Shown: in pieces, positions 50,584 through 64,000 of the stretch | How the letters are laid out: every line of letters begins with the position of its first letter | Numbering within the stretch: the first letter of the stretch is position 1 | NCBI RefSeq assembly: GCF_006345805.1 | Contig: NW_021836152.1 | Span: 62,001 to 126,000, forward strand | Reading direction: 5' to 3' | From: Octopus sinensis | Taxonomy: Eukaryota | DNA: 64,000 nt | Position numbers and translations under genes: made by a program | Notes under the pieces: generated by a model | Seen by the model: the letters and a program-made list of their open reading frames with translations, nothing else | Told to the model about the DNA's origin: nothing | The model's database searches: none

Positions 50584-53500
50584 CACACACAAAAAATCCA
50601 AGCCCCCTGCAACAGTCAAAACCAGCCACTACACTAACCTCCACATTCCTACTCAATGCACAAGGTGTCAGCCCTTCCATCAATGCACAAAAATGGAAGG
50701 TCCAATTCATTGAAGACTGGGTTGGTAACCATTCACACCACATCCCTTTCTTCATTCTCACTGAGACCCACCTTGACAACTCCCACTTGAAAGCCGAAGT
50801 GAGAGTGAAGAATTTCACAACCATCCGCGCGGATCGTATCGGCAGGAGGAAGGGTGGAACTGCCATTTTCCTGCATGATTCGTTTACGGCAGATGGAAAT
50901 AGTATATTCTCCAACGGCTACTGTGAATCAGTCACCGTGCACAACAAAGCCAATGACCTGACAGTAATTGGGCTCTATAGGCCGCCCCAAACACCCATAC
51001 TGTGCTTTAAAGAATGCCTCAACAGCATTAAGTGCTTTATTCAACAGTGCCATTCTAGCAACATACTCATGATGGGAGACTTCAATCTACCCTGTGTTGA
51101 CTGGACTACAAACTGTTTAAAACCAAGCACTCCCGCCTCAACCGCTGAGAAAGAAGCAGCAGAGTCACTTTTCGACTTTACGAATGAGTTTTTCTTGTCC
51201 TAACTTGTCCTTGCACCAACAAGACATCAGAACATTTTGGACCTAGTGTTTAGTAACCACACTAACACTATACATAACGTTACAGTGGAAAAAACCCTTC
51301 TTTCAGACCATGACATGGTTCTCTGTAACATGAAATTCCACCAGCCGAAAGCTAATCCTAGTGACCTTCCTCCAGCCCACCCATTTGACAACATGGATCT
51401 CCATAATGCCAACTGGGATGCAATCAGGAACGAGCTATCACATGTTGACTGGTCGTTTACACATACACACATCTCCACCAACCATAAAACATCTTGCCAG
51501 ATCTTTGTAGACACCGTCACAGACATATGTGCAAAACACTCCCCACCAAGACCTGTGAACAAAAAGTGCAGAATCCCCCAAAACAGAAAAACCATTATCA
51601 GAAAAATAAAAAGAACAAACAAAAAAATTAACAAACTAAAGTACTCCCAACAGCAACACACACATTCGACGGCTATCGCACTGCTTGAATCCAAAAAATA
51701 TAACCTCCAACAATGCATGAAGACCCTCATCAATAACCAAAGATCAGCTGAGGAGAAGTGGGCCATTGAAAAAATCAAACTCAACCCCAAAGTGTTCTTT
51801 TCATTTGCGAGGAAACGCAGGGTCACTGTCTCCACTGTAGGCCCTCTAATTGACGAAACTGGCACTCTCCAAGATAATGCCAAATCCATGGCCGAGATAC
51901 TGCAGAAACAATACTGCTCTGTTTTCAGCAATCCTGATATGGCCGATCTGGGCTGTATCAGTGATGTCAATCCCCAACACACTATATCGGACATAACGTT
52001 TAGTGCCCCTGATGTCTTAGCGGCGATAAACGAAATAAAACACAATTCAGCAGTAGGCCCCGATAGGTTCCCTGCTTGTGTCCTGAAGGTGTGTCGACAC
52101 CAACTTGCATCTCCCCTTGCTAATCTGTGGAGAAACTCACTGGATGCTGGCTATATTCCAAAAAACCTTCTGTCCCAGTCTGTTGTCCCAGTTTTCAAAA
52201 AGGGAAACAAGTCCCTTGCAGTGAATTACCGTCCGATCTCACTCACGTCTCATATCATCAAGTTATTTGAGAGGGTGGTGAGATCTCGAATAACCCAATT
52301 TCTGGAAAGCAACAGACGGCTGATCTCCAACCAACATGGGTTCCGTAATGGAAGGGACTGCCTAACGCAGCTCCTGCATCACTTTGATGACATTTTGAGA
52401 GCTTTGGGAGAGGGCTCTAACACCGATGTCATCTACCTTGATTTCAGTAAGGTCTTCGACAGGGTTGATCACAAGATCCTATTGAAAAAACTATCCAACA
52501 TTGGTGTCTCTGGAAAGTTACTTAAATGGATCAAGTGTTTCCTGACAGACAGATCTCAACATGTTGTTCAGTTGAAGGGGTAAAATCAAGCCCAGCCAAA
52601 GTCAGTAGTAGCGTTCCGCAAGGCACTGTGCTGGGCCCACTTCTTTTCATCATCTACATTAATGACATTAATGGCATCATCAAGCACAGCAACATAAAAA
52701 TCTTTACAGGTGATTCCAAGCTACAGAAGGTCATAAATGAGGCGAGTGACCGGACATGCCTTCAGTCAGACCTACTGGCTGTTATCCAATGGGCAGAAAA
52801 AAACAATATGCTGCTGAACGAGGATAAATTTGAGCTAATCCACTTTGGAAAAGAGGATGCCCTGAAACTCCCATACTCCCTTCCTTCAGGTGAAACTCTC
52901 GCGGCGTCCAACAACATCAGAGACCTGGGAGTAATTGTGGACAACAACATAAGCTGGGCCACTCATATAAACACCAAAGTTGACATGGCCCGCAGAATGT
53001 GTTCCTGGATTCTCAGAACTTTCCAGTCGAGAGATATCCACACCATTATCCTTCTCTTCTCCACTTTTGCCCGACCCCACCTTGAATACTGTTGTCCACT
53101 GTGGTCTCCCCACACAATACAAAGTATCATAAAAGTTGAAGCACCTCAAAGGGCAATCACAAAAAAGATAGATGGCATGACAGGCCTCGACTATTGGGGT
53201 CGACTAGAAAAGCTAAAACTTTATTCTCTCCAACGTCGTCGTGAGCGCTACATCATCTGCATGATGTGGAAAATATTCCATCAGCATTGCCCAAATGATG
53301 TTGGCATCACCTTTAAGGTACATCCAAGGCTTGGGACCCGTGCCATCCGCCCAAAACAAAAATCGCACTCTCATCTCATTACAACAACACGGCACAATTA
53401 TTTCACCTCAATTGGCCCCGCTCTCTTTAACATTACACCAAAACACATTAAAACAGAAACTGACCCTATAGGGTTCAAGAAGTCTTTGGACAGATTCCTT

Positions 53501-53590
53501 CAAGAAATCCCGGATAAACCCCCTACACCCGGATATGTCTCTGTAAACAATAACTCTCTACTTGAGTGGGCCATAGTGCCCAAATTCTGA
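50475..53590 (+). pseudogene. LINE B ORF2 (APE-RT) with TAA at 51201 and a frameshift near 52570
   Basis: Motifs as above. The lesions are absent from the mirror copy. Confidence 0.9.
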
Positions 53591-53673
53591 CTTGAAAGAC
53601 TTCACCAGGTGGTACTATTAAGTTAGACATGGCCTGGGCCAATAATGGCCGAAACCTATCAAAGTATCAAAGT

Positions 53674-58020
<4,347 letters not shown>

Positions 58021-58904
58021 TATATACATACATACATAGAGTCATACATATATACATACATTATATATATATACATATACAATTTGAGAGAGAGAGGGAG
58101 AGATAGATAGATACGTATATTTATGTTACCCTAGCAATATCACAAGAAGGCTGTTGTATTCGTCTATATATACTTATGCTTGCGCGCGGGCTCGCGTCTT
58201 TTTGTATGCGTGTGTGTGTGTATATGTCTATCTATCTATCTAACTGACTAGCTAAACTAACTAACTAACTTAACTAACTAACTAACTATCTGTTTATCCC
58301 TGTCCTTTCGCTAACCTCTGTAACAATCGCTACATCCTTGTACATGGATAAGAGATCTAGTTTTGTTTCAAATCCACCTAAACGCAACCCAAATTGGTCT
58401 TTCAGTCCTTTGTGGTACTTTGTAGTCCTTTGTAGTAATTTGAGCCGATACCTGTTCTATGTCTGTCTCGTTCTTTGATATATTGTACGTAAACTTAGAT
58501 CATATATATGTATGTACGTGTGTGTATTATATATGTATGTATTATATACGTATGCATGACTAGGTTTCTTAAATGTTCAGTGAAGGTATTTTGTTTTTCG
58601 CTGATCTTAAGGTTTATGTTAACACCCGATGGTCATCTGATGACCACAATTATTATCACTGGGACATTCCACAACTAATTCTTCCTCTTATCAGTGGCGA
58701 CGTTTTCTGTCGTAACGTTGGCTCTTAGTATGTATGCATGTATTATATTCAGATACATATATGTATGTCTTTGTATATATATATATATATATAAGCCTGC
58801 TCGCTTAGCCAGCGGGGTGGCGTCATTTGGAGGCTAAAACAAAGCGAAGTGAATTGTGACCAGCGATGTATAGCAGCATCTGGTTGCCTCGTCGGTCACG
58901 TGAT

Positions 58905-58943
<39 letters not shown>

Positions 58944-59128
58944 GGTCCCGGGTTGATTCGGGGTTAACCACAGTAAATAAGGAACTCAATACATAGTAGA
59001 GTAAAATTAATTTATTATATAGAAGGAGCTTCTACAGGACTAGAACTGTTTCATTCAAGAGAAATCTTCCTGAAGATTTCTCTTGAATGAAACAGTTCTA
59101 GTCCTGTAGAAGCTCCTTCTATATAATA

Positions 59129-59203
<75 letters not shown>

Positions 59204-59226
59204 TACATTCATATATACATTCATAC

Positions 59227-59316
<90 letters not shown>

Positions 59317-60185
59317 GTATATATGTATATATGTATGTATGTATGTATGTGTGTATGTATGTATGTATGTTTGCCATTTTAATGGACTGAAGCAACGTGA
59401 AATAAAGTGTCTTGCTCAAGGACGCAACGCTCGCTGTTGTTACAGTACTTTTTAGGAGAAGTGCGTTCTGATGTAAAACCTGCTATTTCACATAATCATT
59501 GTTCATCTACATTCGGTCTGCCACTAGGTTCTAGTCACAGAGACTCAGAGTAGTACTCGTGTTGTACAACTGTCTATCACTACATTCCAATGACGCACAG
59601 ATATCTCATTAAGATGAACACATTTGTCATTTAATTTATTGAAGCTCCAAAGGCTGTGAGCTGGCAGAAACGTTAACACGCCGGACTAAATGATTAGCGT
59701 TATTTCGTCTGTCTTTGCGTTCTGAGTTCAAATTTGGCCGAGGACGATTTTGCTTTAACCCTTTCGGGGTAGATTAAATAAGTACCAGTTGCGCACTGGG
59801 GTCGATGTAATCGATTTGATCCTTCTCTCTGTCCATGTTTGTCTCCACTGTGTTTAGCCCCGTGTGGGTAGTAAAGAAATAGGTATTTCGTCTGTCGTTG
59901 CGTTCTGAGTTCAAATTACGCCGAGGTTGACTTTGCCTTTCATCCTTTCAGGGTCGATATATTAAGCAGCAGTTGCGTACTGGGGTCGAGCTACCTATCT
60001 ATATCTGCCCTCTCCCAAGCGTCTGTACTTCAGTGGCAAGGACCTGGTATTTTGACAGGAGGATATCCAGTTTTGTTTCGAAGGCACTTAAACCCACCCC
60101 ATGTTGGCCTCTCATGTAATAATATGACACCGATACCCTTTTTTTTTACTGTTTTGCTATTTGCTATATTATACGTAACTTACAT

Positions 60186-60261
<76 letters not shown>

Positions 60262-61850
60262 CTGTGAGGCTAGTATTCCTGTCACTCTCTAGTTCTTGTG
60301 ACCTTTATTCTTGAACCAGACGGATCACAGAGCTGAGAAACAACATGTATCTTCTCTAAATAAACAAGGAATAGGGCAGAATATTTCTGCTCTTGTCTCA
60401 CTGAGAAGACAGCATCAGTTGTATTTATTCTCACCATAAAAACAAAATCACGTCTACATTAATTTTCTTTTTCTAAGCAAATGAGATGTAATTCTTTTTG
60501 TAACCTTCATAACTGGCCCCAACAGTTTAACACCTCAAGCATTCTTACTTTAATACATTACCTTTGCCTTTTATAGCAGTTGAAAATGGTATTACCACAT
60601 CAGTCACTGGGTATAAGAATCTCCTATTCAAGTTGAATTACTTAGGGGCTGACTAACCCGCATCCCACTCTCATGAGTATTTCGTATCAGATACCTTCCC
60701 TACCTTCATATCTTTAATCGCATTCTCCACTGTACGGCTGTAAATTTGGATGGATGGCCCCCTCAACTGGGTTTACTTCCGATACACTCTTTATCCCCCT
60801 TCTATTCTTTTCATCCAACAAATTCTCATTATAACACGTCTGCTCTTCTTTCTTTACATTTCATGAATAACAAGAGTATGATTATTATTCTGTACAGAAT
60901 CTTCATCAATAATGTCTTTCATTTCTCTCCCAAACAATCTTGCCATTCAGAATATGCCACACTTCTGATGTCTTAAAACAATGATAAACTTCTTACTCTG
61001 CTCATCTTCCTTTCTTTGATATAAATGTTGCGTTGTTTATTTTTTTGCAACTTTGTGTTGCTTTTTGTGGTCCCATTTTGCCAATCTTTCCAAGCCCGTC
61101 CCTAACTTACGTGGCCCTTTCTATGCAGCTATTCCGCTACATATACAAATTACATATGTATATGTGTTTGTGCGTGTTTGTATACATATATATACACATA
61201 TATACAGGACAGTGCTTATAGCACCTGGAAGACATCTCCTCCAGTTGGCTAATGACACACAGTCTGTGTCCGATTAGTATTTGCAAGGGGGTTCATCGCT
61301 CCCATGTCTAACCATACGTCATACACACGGATGCAAGTTTCTGGGTGATTACCTCCCCTCCCACCGAGCATGTGTTAATCACTAGCAAGTGATGAAAGTT
61401 CATTCCACTCGCAAATTATTATATACCTTTCTAGCGACTCACAGTCGCTAATCTCGTAAAAGAGAGAGATATGTTATTTTAAATTTAATATAACATATAC
61501 AGATTTAATATAACATATCTCTCTCTTTTACGAGATTAGCGACTGTGAGTCGCTAGAAAGGTATATAATAATTTGCGAGTGGAATGAACTTTCATCACTT
61601 GCTAGGATTAACAATGCTCGGTGGGAGGGGAGGTAATCACCCAGAAACTTGCATCCGTGTGTATATAGTTTACAATTCCGTACTGCTACTGTTTATATGT
61701 CTCTCAGAAATTTTATACAAGATATGTATGCATGTATGTATGTATGTATGTATGTATGTATGTATGTATGTATGTATGTATGTATGTATGTATGTATGTA
61801 TGTATGTATGTATGTATGTACGTATGTATGTATGTATGTATGTATGTATG

Positions 61851-61939
<89 letters not shown>

Positions 61940-63129
61940 TTATGTATGTACTTGGTAAGGTGGACACCCTTCGTTTAACTCCCTGCAGGTCGAAATGCAA
62001 ACTATTTCAAAGGCCGGGTGATCACAGGAGAATCAACAGCCCTCCAATGGCTGGGAGTGCGATATAACTGCTTTTGTTGTGACATCTCTCTTTTGTAATA
62101 CTTATGATGTAGAATAGTTGTTTGTTTGGCAGGAATGTATTGGCTGTTTGGGGAGGGAGTCGGAATTGCCATGTGCAAAGGTTCTCTCCTTCTATTTTTC
62201 CTCAGACGCAGCCAAAACGCACAGCCTTCGAACGACAAGGCACATAGCCTGCGATCGGCAAAACACAAAGTTGAAAATTTCATGAGAGAACAAAGGTATG
62301 AGTCAGGGAAGATGGTAAGTCTCTCAAAAACTGCAGCAGGAAGTCTCCTTCGTTAGTATGTCTTTGATTGCGCAAAAGTGTTTAGATCCCTAACAGGACT
62401 AAAAGATACACGTCCCTGCTTCGTTGAGTAAACAAATGTGGCATATTTCGGAATCAAGTTGCAACCATAACATGTGTGTGTTTGTTTATGTGTCATTGTA
62501 TGCCTTTCTGTTTGGGTGTATGTGTGTGTTTTTAGAGGACATGAATTACGTATTTCATTTTAATAAGCTCACTGCAGTTTCTAGTAGTTACAGTGCATGC
62601 AGAGATGGGTGCTTGGGAATAAGCTTATAGTTTCTTCGAAGCTTCTAAAACGATATATAAATATGCATATATGTGTTTGCTTAAGATTGTTTGAATGCGT
62701 CTGTGTGTATGCAGTGGGGACCGAAGATCTTTTTTGTTTCCAAAAAATTACTATGTTAGTCGGGAATCGCAATTTGTAACAAATGGACACATTTTCATGT
62801 ATTCTATGTTGTAGCAGACCAGAAACATATAAAACAGTTATGCTCTGAAAAATCTTGGTCCCGGCAATTTTTTTGGGTCGGATGTGCCAGAAAGGGTGTT
62901 ACCCGGGCAACTAGGGCAACACCCCTGCCTCAACCACTGGTATCTATGTAGACATGTAAGCTTGTTGCATTTATATGTGGATGGATGGACGTATGTATGC
63001 AGGTAAGCTTGATGTATGTATGTATGTATGTATGTATGTATGTATGTATGTATGTATGTATGTATGTATGTATGTATGTATGTATGTATGTATGTATGTA
63101 TGTGTGTATGTATGTATGCATGTATGTAT

Positions 63130-64000
63130 GTAAGTATTATGAATGTGTACGCGTGTGTGATTTATTGTGTCACCACTATACAAAAAGGTAAACAATGCTA
63201 ATTTCTTACAGAGAGAAAGTTGTGTGAAATATTTTGAGAAGAGGATTGTTGTCTATTTTAGGACCAAAGCTTTGTTGTTTACTTCACTTGACTTAACATT
63301 TAGAACATACTTAAACAACCAGCCACTGTCTTGTGTGTCCCGACTACTACTCCTAGAGCCCATAGAAGATTGTTTTTAGTCAACCATCCATCATGTCAGC
63401 TACCTACGCATCGAAACTGAGATCTGCAAGTAGGGCTTCTCATCAAGATGATGGTCCTACCAATAGTCAGCTCAACGAACAGTTGCTGTTGCTCAAACAA
63501 GAGGTTGAGCACTTAAAGTCTGTTGTTGCTCTCTTACTGAATAAACAGTCTCCTGTTGACGCAGAGTCACCCTTGATTTCTTCCCTGGAGACGTCCAAAC
63601 CGAAGGGAACAAAATCGAGGCGGCCAAAGAAGGCGAAGGAACCGGCGGTCGTTTCTGCACATGATCGTTCCCGTGCGGATTCTTCCTCATCTGCCTTTTC
63701 GGTCCCGGAGGTTCCCCAACCTAATTTGAGGAGCGTAGACTCAAACCCACCTGAAGACCGTTGTTCTCCCCAAAAGAAGAAACGTAGTCAAAACTCCAGT
63801 GGGGCGGATTTAGCTATGAAACCTGACCACGATAAACGGTCTCCTGTTGACGCAGGGTCACCCTTGATTTCTTCCCTGGAGACGTCCAAACCGAAGGGAA
63901 CAAAATCGAAGCGGCCAAAGAAGGCGAAGGAACCGGCGGTCGTTCCTGCACATGATCGTTCCTGTGCGGATTCTTCCTCATCTGCCTTTTCGGTCCCGGA
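63130..64000 (+). mobile_element. LINE A third copy (5'UTR and ORF1 from ATG 63393, runs off the window)
   Basis: Direct repeat of 140-1010. Window position 1 recurs at 62987. Confidence 0.93.

Larger units (their letters stand above)
49580..53673 (+). mobile_element. LINE family B (CR1/L2-like), 5'-truncated within ORF1, tail (AAAGTATC)n, both ends in (AT)n
   Basis: ORF1 49684-50583; APE 50553-51203; RT 51237-52583 and 52526-53590 (YRPISL, QHGF, DFSKVFD, VPQGTVLGP, PHLEYC..WSP). Confidence 0.93.

Noticed and set aside
51227-52045. Long antisense ORFs over the LINE and PLE coding regions (also 55487-56095, 20614-21228)
   Set aside because: Shadow frames of RT genes with strong A/C strand bias and no recognisable domain.

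Overview
Animal (eukaryotic) repeat-dense DNA. Abundant (AT)n, (ATAC)n, (TAA)n and (GATA)n microsatellites and the SINE families look cephalopod, probably Octopus (inference from recalled repeat families). I can support no host protein-coding gene. The window is an alternating inverted array of a ~31 kb unit: arm 1 (1-20136), a 3.5 kb spacer, the mirrored arm (23642-~44200), a further segment (~44200-53673), an (AT)n axis, its mirror (53855-~63000), then position 1 again at 62987. The unit is built from nested retroelements: two CR1/L2-like LINE families (A, B), three Penelope-like element (PLE) families with RT + GIY-YIG, a solo LTR, R4/Dong and RTE remnants, SINEs, a Tc1/mariner-type MITE and a 5S pseudogene. 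The most interesting signal is translational. Two divergent PLE families and LINE B each carry an open ORF1 ending just past an in-frame U_UUU_UUA heptamer, with the AUG-less RT/endonuclease frame open in -1 from that site. This suggests programmed -1 ribosomal frameshifting. The same two PLEs carry minimal hammerhead motifs with a covarying U3-A8 core. LINE B ORF1 appears to combine a Myb/SANT-like domain, poly-Q and two CCCH fingers. All alignments and translations were done by eye.
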